From NCBI GenBank assembly GCA_025964075.1, contig JAOPZQ010000136.1, positions 1-31,823 of the forward strand: 31,823 nt of DNA, written 5' to 3'. The notes under the pieces are model-generated. The model saw only the letters and a program-made list of their open reading frames with translations. It was not told the origin of the DNA and did no database searches. This DNA comes from Solirubrobacterales bacterium (GTDB lineage: Bacteria; Actinomycetota; Thermoleophilia; Solirubrobacterales; Solirubrobacteraceae). How positions within the stretch are numbered: position 1 is the first letter of the stretch; each line of letters opens with the position of its first letter. Shown piece after piece: positions 1 to 8,993 of the stretch. Both the position numbers and the translations under genes were made by a program.

Positions 1-469
1 AGGTCCACTCCGGCGGCGTGATCGGGCAGCACTCCCCGAAGTTCGGGATGTTGGCCTTGATCAGCGCCGGCATGATGTTCGTGCCCAGGAACGAGAACGA
101 GCCGACGACCGCGACGTCTCCGTCGGACACGGCCTGACGAGCGCATGCGGCGGCGTCCGTCGGCTTGCCGTGCTCGTCGCAGACCGTGGCCTGCAGCGGG
201 TGGCCCTTGATGCCGCCGTGCGCGTTGATCCACTTCTCGTACGCCTTGGCGCTGATCGAGATGTTCGGATACACGGGGCCCTGCGAGTTCAGGGACGTGA
301 TCGTCATCGTCTTGATCGGGGTGCCCGTCGGCAGCTTCGTGGAGGCGGTCGTCGTGGTTCCGGCGGCGCTCGCGCCCGTGCCGGAGCTCGTGCTCGACGA
401 CGAGCTGCCACCGCACGCGGACAGCCCCATCGCCACCGCGCCTGCGGCAAGTGCCGCGACGAGTTTCAT
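1..469 (-). CDS. ABC transporter substrate-binding lipoprotein, branched-chain amino acid/periplasmic binding protein type 1 family (runs off the left edge)
   Basis: Read by hand, absent from the ORF track: ATG at 469-467 with GGAGG SD; MKLVAALAAGAVAMGLSAC (lipobox LSA-C), Ser/Thr linker, then AYEKWINAHGGIKGHPLQATVCDEHGKPTDAAACARQAV, matching the N-terminal pattern of LivJ-like binding proteins. Confidence 0.85.
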   Translation of the reverse strand, partial: MKLVAALAAGAVAMGLSACGGSSSSSTSSGTGASAAGTTTTASTKLPTGTPIKTMTITSLNSQGPVYPNISISAKAYEKWINAHGGIKGHPLQATVCDEHGKPTDAAACARQAVSDGDVAVVGSFSFLGTNIMPALIKANIPNFGECCPITPPEWT

Positions 470-513
470 GACGTACCTCCTGCTTGGGATAGCGGACCCT
501 CTTCTCGGCGACG

Positions 514-519
514 AGCGTA
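514..519 (-). promoter_or_regulatory. putative -10 element (TACGCT) of the lipoprotein gene
   Basis: TAnnnT hexamer exactly 42 bp from the palindrome at 562-576. Confidence 0.5.
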
Positions 520-561
520 AGCGCACGCCCAGCAGGGTTGGAGGGGCGCTTTCGGAGTGCC

Positions 562-576
562 TTGGAAAACACCCAA
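562..576. promoter_or_regulatory. putative PucR/CdaR-type activator site TTGG-N7-CCAA
   Basis: TTGGAAAACACCCAA in a divergent intergenic region; same architecture recurs at 4643, 7042, 22403 and 26598. Confidence 0.6.
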
Positions 577-585
577 GCGGGCCCT

Positions 586-600
586 CCGGGGATTCCACAA
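586..600. promoter_or_regulatory. degenerate second activator site (right arm CCACAA) for the adc-like operon
   Basis: ACAA arm ends at 600, 42 bp before GAGGCT (643-648); left arm degenerate. Confidence 0.35.
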
Positions 601-675
601 ATGCCGTGCGCGGGGCGGTTTGCCGCCGTCGCTCCCGCGCGCGAGGCTCACGGCACTCAACGCGAGGAGAGACAC

Positions 676-1500
676 ATGGACGCCGGTGCCTTCAGGGATT
701 CGTTCTCGCAGCCGATCGGCCCGGGGGCCGGCGCCTACGCGCCGCCTCCGTACCATTACCGCGGCGTGCAGGACATGCTCATCGCCTACGCCGCCGACCC
801 CGAGGGCGTCGCCGCGCTGCTGCCGCCGGGGGTCGAGGCGGCCGACGACGAGCCGGTCTGCATCGCCTGGGGGCGCTGGATCCCGTTCTCCTCCTTCGGC
901 CCCTACCACGAGGCCTACGTCATGGTCCGGGTGAACCTCGACGGCCAGACGTACCTGTACCAGCCGTTCATCTTCACCGACAACGAGATCCCGCTCGTGG
1001 CCGGGCGCGAGATCTGGGGCTTCGCCAAGAAGCTCGCGACGATGCAGCGCAGCTCGGGCGGCGGAACGGAGCCGTTCGGGGAGCAGATGCTCTTCACCGT
1101 CGAGCGCCCTCGGGGCCAGCGGATCATGACGATGTCGATGGCCTGCGACCGCACGGCGGACCCCGTGGAGATGGAGGACCTCCCGGTGCTCTCGACGCGC
1201 ATCATCCCGAGCGCCGAGGCGGGACGGCCGCCGTCGGTCGCCGAGCTCGTTCGCCTCGACGTCGCCGCGTCCCTGCACCACAGCGCGGACGGGACGCCGG
1301 AGCTCTTCACCGGGCGCGCCTCGGTGTCGATGGACGCCCGCTCGCCGGTCGACCCGTGGCACCTGCTGGCCCCCACTCGGATCCTGCAGGGCTGGTACGG
1401 CGTCTTCGACTTCGACCTCTTCCACGGGAAGGTCGTCCACGACTACCTCGCGGACGCCGAGATCTGGAAGGCGCCGGCCACCGTCGCGGGCGTCGCATGA
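676..1500 (+). CDS. acetoacetate decarboxylase-like (ADC superfamily) protein, 274 aa
   Basis: GAGGAG SD before ATG 676; Schiff-base lysine motif GREIWGFAKK; YHEA carries the conserved Glu; PPPYHYR N-terminal motif. Confidence 0.88.
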   Translation: MDAGAFRDSFSQPIGPGAGAYAPPPYHYRGVQDMLIAYAADPEGVAALLPPGVEAADDEPVCIAWGRWIPFSSFGPYHEAYVMVRVNLDGQTYLYQPFIFTDNEIPLVAGREIWGFAKKLATMQRSSGGGTEPFGEQMLFTVERPRGQRIMTMSMACDRTADPVEMEDLPVLSTRIIPSAEAGRPPSVAELVRLDVAASLHHSADGTPELFTGRASVSMDARSPVDPWHLLAPTRILQGWYGVFDFDLFHGKVVHDYLADAEIWKAPATVAGVA

Positions 1501-2513
1501 CTCGCGAGGACTCCAATCAGGCGAGCCCGGATGGCGCGCGGAGTCCGCTCACGAGCGCCGCGTTCCCCCCGGCGCGGCGGGTCGAGACGAACGGCATCGG
1601 CCTCGCCGTCCACGAGCTCGGCGACGGCCCGGCCGTCGTCCTGCTGCACGGGTTCCCCGAGCTCGCCTACTCGTGGCGCCGGCAGATCGGGCCGATCGCG
1701 GAAGCGGGGTTCCGGGTGATCGCCCCCGATCAGCGCGGCTTCGGGGACAGCGACGCGCCCGAGGACTCGCAGACGTACAGCGTGAAGACGCTCGTGTCCG
1801 ACCTCGTCGGCATGCTCGACGCGCTCGACATCGAGCGGGCGGTGTTCGTCGGCCACGACTGGGGCGGGATGCCGGCCTGGTACTCGGCGGTGTACGCGCC
1901 GGAGCGCGTGGCCGGAGCGGGCAGCCTCTGCACGCCGTTCTTCACACCCGGGGAGGTCGACCTCCTCGAGGCCTACGACGAGGTCCGCGGCCCGCAGCAC
2001 TACATGCGGACCTTCCAGGTGCCCGGCGTCGGCGAGGCCATGCTCGAGCGGGACGTGGAGGCCACGTTCCGCGCGCTGATCCGGGGTCGCGGCATGACGC
2101 TCGCGGAGTTCCGCGCCTCGCCTCCCGAGATCCAGGAGATCCGGGCGGGCGTGTTCGTCGGCGATCCCCAGATGTTCGGCGACGAGCTTCTCTCCGACGA
2201 GGAGCTGGCGGTCTACGTCGACACGTACCGCCGCACCGGGTTCACCGGCGGCCTCAACTGGTACCGCGCGCTCCACCAGGACTGGGAGGAGGGGCGGGGC
2301 CAGGAGATGAGGATCGAGACGCCGGCGATCATGATCTGTGCGGAGCACGACTTCTTCCTCCCTCCGGACTTCACCGACGGCATGGAAGAGCTGGTCCCCC
2401 GCGTCGAGAAGCACGTTGTCCCCGACTGCGGTCACTGGATCCAGCAGGAGCGCCCTGACGAGGTCAACGCGCTGCTCGTTCCCTGGCTCACGAAGCACTT
2501 CGCGCACGCCTAG
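1497..2513 (+). CDS. alpha/beta hydrolase, soluble epoxide hydrolase (EphA-like), 338 aa
   Basis: ATGA overlap with the upstream stop; HGFPE oxyanion motif, GHDWGG nucleophile Asp, HY and NWYR tyrosines, GHWIQQE catalytic His. Confidence 0.9.
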   Translation: MTREDSNQASPDGARSPLTSAAFPPARRVETNGIGLAVHELGDGPAVVLLHGFPELAYSWRRQIGPIAEAGFRVIAPDQRGFGDSDAPEDSQTYSVKTLVSDLVGMLDALDIERAVFVGHDWGGMPAWYSAVYAPERVAGAGSLCTPFFTPGEVDLLEAYDEVRGPQHYMRTFQVPGVGEAMLERDVEATFRALIRGRGMTLAEFRASPPEIQEIRAGVFVGDPQMFGDELLSDEELAVYVDTYRRTGFTGGLNWYRALHQDWEEGRGQEMRIETPAIMICAEHDFFLPPDFTDGMEELVPRVEKHVVPDCGHWIQQERPDEVNALLVPWLTKHFAHA

Positions 2514-2536
2514 CGTCGATTGGAGAGAAGACAACG

Positions 2537-3277
2537 ATGACCGCAGTCCTCGTCCACGGAAATCCCGACAGCCACCTGCTCTGGGAGCGCGTGCAGGAAG
2601 AGCTCGACGGCTCGCACCGGGTCGTCGCGCTCGACCTGCCGGGCTTCGCCGACCCGCCGCCGGCCGGCTTCGACGCGAGCAAGGAGTCCTACGTCGACTG
2701 GCTCGTCGCGGAGATCGAGCAGCTCGTCGAGGAGCATGGTCCGGTGGACCTCGTCGGCCACGACTGGGGCTCGCTGCTCGTCCAGCGCGTCGCCTCGACG
2801 CGGCCCGAGCTGCTGCGCTCGCTGACCGCCGGCGGGGCGGTCGTCGACGCCGACTACCCGTGGCACTCCATCGCTCAGGTCTGGCAGACGCCGGGCGAGG
2901 GTGAGCGGTACATGGCGGAGGAGCTGACGCCGGAGGTCTCCGTGCCGTACCTGGTCGAGAACGGCGTGCCCGAGGTGTACGCCGCGCGCAACGCGTGGCT
3001 CGTCCCCGGCAACAAGGACTGCATCCTCGCGCTCTACCGCTCGGCGGTGAGGGTGGGGGAGGAGTGGCAGCCGGACCTCGAGCGCGTCGGCGTGCCGAGC
3101 ATGGTCATCTGGGGCCGCGAGGATCCCTACGTCGAGCTCGAGTGGGGCGAGCGCCTCGCCCGGCGTCTGGGGGCGGAGCTGGTCGTCCTGGACTGCGCCC
3201 ACTGGTGGCCGTACGAGCGCCCCCGCGAGACCGCGGAGGCGCTCGAACGGCTGTGGGCGCGCGTCGCCGTCGGGTGA
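2537..3277 (+). CDS. alpha/beta fold hydrolase (epoxide hydrolase/dehalogenase-like), 246 aa
   Basis: HGNP, GHDWGS (Asp nucleophile), WGREDP, AHW motifs; GGAGAG SD. Confidence 0.88.
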   Translation: MTAVLVHGNPDSHLLWERVQEELDGSHRVVALDLPGFADPPPAGFDASKESYVDWLVAEIEQLVEEHGPVDLVGHDWGSLLVQRVASTRPELLRSLTAGGAVVDADYPWHSIAQVWQTPGEGERYMAEELTPEVSVPYLVENGVPEVYAARNAWLVPGNKDCILALYRSAVRVGEEWQPDLERVGVPSMVIWGREDPYVELEWGERLARRLGAELVVLDCAHWWPYERPRETAEALERLWARVAVG

Positions 3278-3283
3278 CGCTCG

Positions 3284-4558
3284 CTACAGATGCGCGGCGC
3301 CGAGCAGCGCGAGCATCGTGTTCTCGCCGTCGGCGATCTTGTACGACTTCGCGTCGCGCAGCAGCTTCTCCGGGCGGAAGCTCGTGCCGTCGGCGAACGT
3401 CACGCCGTCGCGCCGCGTGCCCCGGCCGCCGCACAGCTGGATCGCGGTGTCGGCGATCTCGAACGCCGCCTCGGTCGTGAACACCTTGGCGGCGCACGAG
3501 TGCTGGATCGAGCCGACCTCGTCCGCGTCCGAACGGCCGTAGTTGTACAGGTACACCGAGCGCGTCATCGCCCGGGCGGCCTCGAGCAGCTGGAACATCC
3601 GGAACAGCCGCAGGCGGACGGCCTGGTGCTCGTAGATGACCTTGCCGCCCTGGACCCGCTCCTTCGTCCACTTCAGGGCGCCCTCGTACGCCGCCCGGCC
3701 GGCGCCGAACGCGAGCAGCCCGGTGGACACGTTGGCCAGCGCGTGCGTGGCGTTGAGGACGTCGACGTAGGTCTCCGGGTCGGCGATCATGTAGTGCTTC
3801 GGCAGCCGCACGCCGTCGAAGATGATCTGGCCCTGCGGCAGCGCGCGGAGCCCGTGCTTGTCGAGCGGCTCGCCGCGCGAGATCCCCGGCAGGTCGAGCG
3901 GCACGATCGCCACGCCGCCCTTGTCGAGGCCCGAGCTGTCGATGTTGCAGAACAGCGTCGCGTGGGTCGCGATCACGCCGCTCGACACCCACCACGACTT
4001 CTGGCCGTCGAGCACCCATTCCTCGCCGTCGAGCCGGGCGCGGACCTGGCCGCCGGGGACCACGAGCTCGGCCGTGTGCGCCGCGAGCTGGTCCGAGCCG
4101 TGCGCCGGCTCGGTGATCGCCCAGCACCCGAACCAGTCCGTGCGCTCGCCGGAGAAGTACGGCTTCGAGAACTCCTCGATGAGCTCCGGGCTCCCGAGGT
4201 TGTAGGCGTACTGGTACGGGAACGGAGCGAGGAAGAGGACCGCGCCGAGGCCGGCGTCGCCCGTGGCGATCTCCTCGAAGATGAGGCATTCCTCGAGGCG
4301 CGAGAGCCCGAGGCCTCCGAGCTCGGTCGGCCCCGTGAGCTTCGTGAAGCCCTCGCGGTGCGCCGTGGCGATGAAGTCGAAGATGGGGGAGCCGGGGGCG
4401 ACCGCCTCCTCGGCGCTCATCTGGTCGAGGGCGTAGCCGGTGGGTCGCACGACGTCCTGGGCGAACTCGCGGGCGCGTCGCTGCCAGGCGCGAGCCTCCT
4501 CGGGGATGTCGACGTTCAACTCGAGGAACCCCGTGGGCTCCGTCTTGGTGACGCTCAA
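3284..4558 (-). CDS. acyl-CoA dehydrogenase family protein, 424 aa
   Basis: TTG start with AGGAG SD; WAITEPAHGSD, LDGQKSWWVS, QLCGGRG and KLLRDAK FAD-binding motifs. Confidence 0.9.
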   Translation of the reverse strand: MSVTKTEPTGFLELNVDIPEEARAWQRRAREFAQDVVRPTGYALDQMSAEEAVAPGSPIFDFIATAHREGFTKLTGPTELGGLGLSRLEECLIFEEIATGDAGLGAVLFLAPFPYQYAYNLGSPELIEEFSKPYFSGERTDWFGCWAITEPAHGSDQLAAHTAELVVPGGQVRARLDGEEWVLDGQKSWWVSSGVIATHATLFCNIDSSGLDKGGVAIVPLDLPGISRGEPLDKHGLRALPQGQIIFDGVRLPKHYMIADPETYVDVLNATHALANVSTGLLAFGAGRAAYEGALKWTKERVQGGKVIYEHQAVRLRLFRMFQLLEAARAMTRSVYLYNYGRSDADEVGSIQHSCAAKVFTTEAAFEIADTAIQLCGGRGTRRDGVTFADGTSFRPEKLLRDAKSYKIADGENTMLALLGAAHL

Positions 4559-4594
4559 CGCACCGCTCCTTCCTGACCGTGTGCCGTGACGACG

Positions 4595-4657
4595 ACGCTA
4601 GTCCGTGCCGTCCGGGGTCGTGAGGGCCGCGGCGGGCCGCCTTTGGAACTCCCACAG
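4595..4657 (-). promoter_or_regulatory. acyl-CoA dehydrogenase promoter: -10 TAGCGT (4595-4600) plus site TTGG-N7-ACAG (4643-4657)
   Basis: 42-bp spacing identical to the other promoters. Confidence 0.55.
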
Positions 4658-4667
4658 CCGGTGGAAG

Positions 4668-5702
4668 TCAGGCGTAGAAGGTCTCCGCGATCCCCTCGAG
4701 GTAGAACGCCAGCTGCTCGGGCGTCAGGCCGCCGATCGGAGGCACGAGGCAGAACGAGTCCGCCACGTCCCAGACCGTCTCCACCTGGCGGCGGCACGCG
4801 TCGGCGTTCCCGAGGACGACGTAGCGCTCCACCATCTCGTCCGTCACCGCCGCCGCGGCGGCGGCCATGTCCCGCCGCTCGACGCCCTGCTGGCAGGCGA
4901 GCGCTTCGGCCCGGAAGCCGTCGGCGGCGAACAGCTCCTCGTACTGCTTCATCCCCGCGTAGAACGCCACGGTCCCGCGGCAGTCCGCGATCGCCTGGCG
5001 CCTGTCGTCGTTCACCGCCACCCACAGCCACGCGTTCCAGTGGATGTCGGAGCGCTCGCGGCCCGCCCGGCCGAGGCCGCGCTCGAGCGCCGCCCGGCCG
5101 GGGCCGGCGATCCAGTGGACGCCGTGGATCGGGTGGTCCATGAAACCGTCGGCGATCTCCCCGGCGAGGCTGGTCAGGCGGGGCTGGTTCGCGGCCAGCC
5201 AGATCGGGATCCGCTCGCGCACCGGCGGTGCGAAGGGCCCCTGGAAGACGCCCCAGTCGTGCCGGTGGAACTCCCCCTCGTAGCGGTCGAGCTCGCCGGT
5301 GTGGCTCTTCGCGACGATGAGCCGGATGAGCTCGATCGTCTCGCGCATGTGCGCCACGGGCTGCCCGTAGTTCGGCTCGCCGAACAGTCCCTCGACCCAC
5401 GCGCGGATCGAGGTGCCGAGCCCGAGGACGAACCGGCCGCCGCAGACCCGGTCGAGGTCCATTGCCGTCATCGCGGTCTCGAACGGGCTCCGCGTGAAGG
5501 CGATCGCGATCCCGCTCGCGAGTTGCGGGCGCTCGGTGACGGCGGCGCAGTATCCGAGCCCCATGAACGGCGAGCTGTAGATCTGGGGGACGAAGATGCC
5601 GGCCAGGCCGGCCGCCTCGACCTGCCGCGCCTGAGCGGTCAGCACCTCGCCCGGGACGAGCGGGGGCAGGAACGCCCACTGCCGGCTGTTGTCGTTCCTC
5701 AC
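4668..5702 (-). CDS. LLM class (luciferase-like) probably F420-dependent oxidoreductase, 344 aa
   Basis: GTG 5702 overlapping the P450 stop, GGGAG SD; IAIAFTRSPFETAMTAMDLDRVCGGRFVLGLG resembles the TIGR03617/MSMEG_2256-type family; cofactor assignment is inferred. Confidence 0.85.
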   Translation of the reverse strand: MRNDNSRQWAFLPPLVPGEVLTAQARQVEAAGLAGIFVPQIYSSPFMGLGYCAAVTERPQLASGIAIAFTRSPFETAMTAMDLDRVCGGRFVLGLGTSIRAWVEGLFGEPNYGQPVAHMRETIELIRLIVAKSHTGELDRYEGEFHRHDWGVFQGPFAPPVRERIPIWLAANQPRLTSLAGEIADGFMDHPIHGVHWIAGPGRAALERGLGRAGRERSDIHWNAWLWVAVNDDRRQAIADCRGTVAFYAGMKQYEELFAADGFRAEALACQQGVERRDMAAAAAAVTDEMVERYVVLGNADACRRQVETVWDVADSFCLVPPIGGLTPEQLAFYLEGIAETFYA

Positions 5703-6976
5703 CGTGTGCTCCCTCTGGCGGTGCAGGTGGCGGAGTCCGCGGTGGCGTCCGGGAGGGCGACCACATGCTCCGCGTGGACGGGAAGCGCCGCGAGCGAGCG
5801 CGAGAGGAGCCGCGGCTTCCATCGCGGCGCTTCCGCCGAGAGGCGAAGCCCCCAGAGGCGCCTCATCGCGGACGGGATCGCGACCCGTCCGACCATGCGG
5901 GCGAGCGGGGCGCCGAGACAGTAATGCGGGCCGAGCCCGAACCCCAGGTGGGGATTGGGGTCCCGGCCGAGGTCGAGCTCGTCGGGGCGGTCGAAGGTCC
6001 GCGGGTCGCGGTTGGCCGCGGCGAGCACGAGCAGCACGCGCTCGCCCGCGCGGATGTGCTTGCCGCGCCACCAGTAGCTCTCGGCCGCGAAGCGGACGCT
6101 GACGCGCGCGGGCCCCTCGAAGCGCACGAGCTCCTCGACCGCCGTTCGCGCGAGCTGCGGCTCGGCCTCGAGCCTGGCCGCCTGCTCCGGGCTGCCGAGC
6201 AGCGAGAGGATGCCGTTGCCGAGTATGCCGGCGACGGCTTCCTGGCCCCCGCAGAGCAGGAGCGTGAGCATCGCGACGATCTCGTCGGGCGTGAGCGCGT
6301 CGCCCTCGACGGTCCGCGCCCGGCGCACCCGCCCGAGCAGGTCATCCGCATCCGCGGCTCCCGACTCGGCCGCGAGCCGCTCGACGTACGCCACGAGCTC
6401 GCCCGCTCCCTGGAGCGCGCGCTCGTCGATCGCGCCGCCGTCGGCGAGCTCGGACTCGACTGCCGAGAAGTCGTCGGCCCAGCGCCGCAGGTCGTCACGG
6501 TCCGAGGCGGGCAGGCCGAGCAGCTCGACGGCGATCATCGCGGGGAGCGCGCCGGCGAAGTCCGCGACGAGGTCGATCTCGGTTCGCTCCTCGAGGTCGT
6601 CGAGCAGTACGTTCGCGGCTCGCTCGACCTCGAAGGTCAGGCGCTCGCCGCCATCGGGAGGGAGCGCGTCGAGAACGAGGCTCCGCAGCCTGCGGTGCTC
6701 GGACCCGTCCGCCACCGTCATCCAGCCGGCGAGCGTCCCCGAGACCGCCGCCGCCGTCCCGGAAGCCACGCCCTGGGGCGGCTGGATCCCGCGATCGCTC
6801 GACAGGCGGCGGTCCAGGTGCGCCGCGACGCAGTCGTCGTAGCGGGTGATCAGCCAGGCGCCGTGCCGCGCGCTCCAGTGCACCGGGTCGCCCTCTCGGA
6901 GCTCGGCCAGGACCGAGTACGGGTCGGCCAGCGCGCCCGGGGCGAGCAGATCGATCTCCGGTTCCACGTCAGCCAC
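5699..6976 (-). CDS. cytochrome P450, 425 aa
   Basis: Heme motif FGLGPHYCLG, ExxR (EELVRF), LAAANRDP; I-helix GGQEAV lacks the usual Thr. Confidence 0.93.
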   Translation of the reverse strand: MADVEPEIDLLAPGALADPYSVLAELREGDPVHWSARHGAWLITRYDDCVAAHLDRRLSSDRGIQPPQGVASGTAAAVSGTLAGWMTVADGSEHRRLRSLVLDALPPDGGERLTFEVERAANVLLDDLEERTEIDLVADFAGALPAMIAVELLGLPASDRDDLRRWADDFSAVESELADGGAIDERALQGAGELVAYVERLAAESGAADADDLLGRVRRARTVEGDALTPDEIVAMLTLLLCGGQEAVAGILGNGILSLLGSPEQAARLEAEPQLARTAVEELVRFEGPARVSVRFAAESYWWRGKHIRAGERVLLVLAAANRDPRTFDRPDELDLGRDPNPHLGFGLGPHYCLGAPLARMVGRVAIPSAMRRLWGLRLSAEAPRWKPRLLSRSLAALPVHAEHVVALPDATADSATCTARGSTR

Positions 6977-6994
6977 CGAGCGCCACCGGCGGCC

Positions 6995-7056
6995 AGCCTA
7001 GGGATGCGTCGCGCGTCGTCAACCACGGGGCCGGCGGCCGCCTGTGGGTTCGCCAA
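6995..7056 (-). promoter_or_regulatory. P450 operon promoter: -10 TAGGCT (6995-7000) plus site CTGT-N7-CCAA (7042-7056)
   Basis: Reverse complement TTGG-CGAACCC-ACAG closely matches the 4643 site; 41-bp spacing. Confidence 0.55.
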
Positions 7057-7079
7057 CGCTGGCGGCGGGGCGGCGGCGG

Positions 7080-7724
7080 TCAGGGCTTCGTCGCTGGGGC
7101 GTCGAACCCCCGAACGATGAAGTCCCAGAAGAGGAACGCGATGTCGCGTGGCCGCCGGGGACCGTCCGGCTTGTACCACTGGTAGGACCAGTTGACCATC
7201 CCGAACGCGGCGAAGGTCGCCATCTTCACGTCGAGATCGCGGAACTCCCCCGAGTCCACGCACTCCTGGATCGCCGAACGAAGATGGGCCTGGATGACCG
7301 CCCGCTTCTGGCTGATGCGCTCCTGTTGCTCGGGGCCGAGCTCTCGATGGTGCTCCCAGAACGCGCGGACGTGACCGCGGTGACTGTCGACGACCTCGAG
7401 CACGTCTCCCATCGACTCGAGCAAGCGCTGCCGGCCGGTCATCGGCGTGTCCGCGCGCGACTCGATGCGGGCGAGCATCTCGTCGGCGAACGTCTCGTGG
7501 ATCCAGAACAGGAGGTCCTGCTTGCTCTTGACATAGTGGTAGAGCGTCGACTTCTGGATGCCCGCCGCGGCCGCGATGTCCGCCACGCTCGTCTGGTGGT
7601 AGCCGTGCGTGTCGAACAGCTCCGCCGCGTGCCGGACGAGGTCCGATCGCTTGACGTCGGCGGCCGACCGACCGTCCGGTGGAACACGGGTGTCCGAGCT
7701 CGCGCCACGCATGGGATCGAACAT
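7080..7724 (-). CDS. TetR/AcrR family repressor, KstR2-like C-terminal domain, about 214 aa
   Basis: HTH AAELFDTHGYHQTSVADIAAAAGIQKSTLYHYVKSK; C-terminal GMVNWSYQWYKPDGP typical of KstR2/PaaR-type repressors; start could also be 7712. Confidence 0.9.
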   Translation of the reverse strand: MFDPMRGASSDTRVPPDGRSAADVKRSDLVRHAAELFDTHGYHQTSVADIAAAAGIQKSTLYHYVKSKQDLLFWIHETFADEMLARIESRADTPMTGRQRLLESMGDVLEVVDSHRGHVRAFWEHHRELGPEQQERISQKRAVIQAHLRSAIQECVDSGEFRDLDVKMATFAAFGMVNWSYQWYKPDGPRRPRDIAFLFWDFIVRGFDAPATKP

Positions 7725-7778
7725 ATCAGCGCGTCGAGGAGCACGACCGCGGTTCGGTCCGGCTGGGCACATGGCCGC

Positions 7779-7800
7779 TGGCCGACCGTCGGGTCGGCCA
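7779..7800. promoter_or_regulatory. putative TetR operator, perfect 9-bp inverted repeat TGGCCGACC-gtcg-GGTCGGCCA
   Basis: Directly downstream of -10-like TATCCT (7805-7800, minus strand), 55 bp upstream of tetR. Confidence 0.65.
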
Positions 7801-7968
7801 GGATACGAGCGAGTGCGCGGCCGTCGAGGATCCGCGGCGCAGGCTCTTCGGCGCGTCGCCGCACCCATCGTTCGTGCCGTCGGCGTGCCGAAGGGCGATG
7901 TACGGCACGGGCGACTGCGGCCTCGTCCGCACCCGGCGAGCGGGTCGGCGCCGTCGGGCGGCTCCGCG

Positions 7969-8886
7969 TCAGCTGTCTGTCTGCCCGGCCGGCGGAGCGA
8001 GGGTTCTGCCGAGCCAGCGCCAGAACGCGCGAGCGGGCCCGCGTGGCGCGGGCCGGGCGCGGCGCACGGCCCGTAGCGAGCGGCGCAGATCGACTCCGGA
8101 GACCGGTATCGCGGCCAACGTGCCGGCGGCGATCTCACTGGCAACGACGCGCTCGGAGAGCAGCGTGAAGCCGCCGCCGAGGACCGCGCGCTTGAGGGCC
8201 TCGGCGCTTGAGACCTCCAGTGCCGGGTGCAGCTCGACGCCGGCGTCGGCGAGCATGGCGGTCGCCACGGCGCGTGTGCCCGAGCCCGCCTCGCGTGCCA
8301 GGAAAGGTTCGCCGGTCAGCGCCTCGAGCGCGACGGCGCGACGGCGCGCCCAGGGATGGGTGCTCGGCACGACGACGCGGATCTCGTCGTGGGCGACGAC
8401 GAGCTCTCGCAGCCCGTGCATGGCGGCTGGTCCTTCGATGAAGCCGATCTCGGCCGCGCCGTCGCGCACGGCGTGCACGACCTCCTCGGAGTTGGTGATC
8501 GTGGCGGACACACGGCACGGCGGCGCGGCCGCGCGAAACGACGCGAGCCACTCGGGCAGGAGCGTCACGCCGATCGTGCGGCTGGCGTGGATGAGGAGCA
8601 GCGGTGCGTGGTCCGGTGAGCTCAGCGCGGCTTCGGCGCGCTCGAGCACGGCGAGGGCCTCACGGGCCAGCGGGTAGAGCACGCAGCCGGACGCGGTCGG
8701 GCGCAGGCCGTGTGCGCCGCGTTCGAGCAGCGCCCGACCGACCCGTCGTTCGAGCGCCTGCAGGCGCTTGGTCGCGGCGGACTGCGTGAGCTGCAGCGCG
8801 TCGGCGGCACCCTGCACCGTGCCGGTCTCCACGGCGGTCACGAAGGCCGCCAGGTCCCGGCCGGGCAGCGGGTCCGCGAGGGACAT
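7969..8886 (-). CDS. LysR family transcriptional regulator (CysL/YeiE-like), 305 aa
   Basis: HTH TVQGAADALQLTQSAATKRLQALE; REAGSGTR motif in the substrate-binding domain. Confidence 0.9.
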   Translation of the reverse strand: MSLADPLPGRDLAAFVTAVETGTVQGAADALQLTQSAATKRLQALERRVGRALLERGAHGLRPTASGCVLYPLAREALAVLERAEAALSSPDHAPLLLIHASRTIGVTLLPEWLASFRAAAPPCRVSATITNSEEVVHAVRDGAAEIGFIEGPAAMHGLRELVVAHDEIRVVVPSTHPWARRRAVALEALTGEPFLAREAGSGTRAVATAMLADAGVELHPALEVSSAEALKRAVLGGGFTLLSERVVASEIAAGTLAAIPVSGVDLRRSLRAVRRARPAPRGPARAFWRWLGRTLAPPAGQTDS

Positions 8887-8900
8887 TCCAAAGCGGAATG
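8884..8900. promoter_or_regulatory. LysR recognition box CATTCC-N5-GGAATG (T-N11-A) overlapping the lysR start codon
   Basis: Perfect 6-bp arms fitting the T-N11-A rule. Confidence 0.6.
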
Positions 8901-8962
8901 TTATGCCCCGAGGACGACTGGCGCGAGCCCGACGGAGGATGGACGATCGACATGCAACCGAT

Positions 8963-8976
8963 ACACACACACACAC
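8963..8976. repeat. (AC)7 dinucleotide microsatellite
   Basis: acacacacacacac read directly. Confidence 0.9.
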
Positions 8977-8993
8977 CGAAAGTCAGAGCAGAC

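Noticed and set aside
165-2513. 782-aa ORF suggesting a long N-terminal extension on the epoxide hydrolase
   Set aside because: The first 444 codons are the antisense of the lipoprotein and an off-frame reading of adc1; the real start is ATG 1497, overlapping the adc1 stop
7871-7910. Inverted repeat CGTGCCGT...ACGGCACG between tetR and lysR
   Set aside because: Short arms with a long loop in very high-GC DNA; no recognisable riboswitch or terminator features
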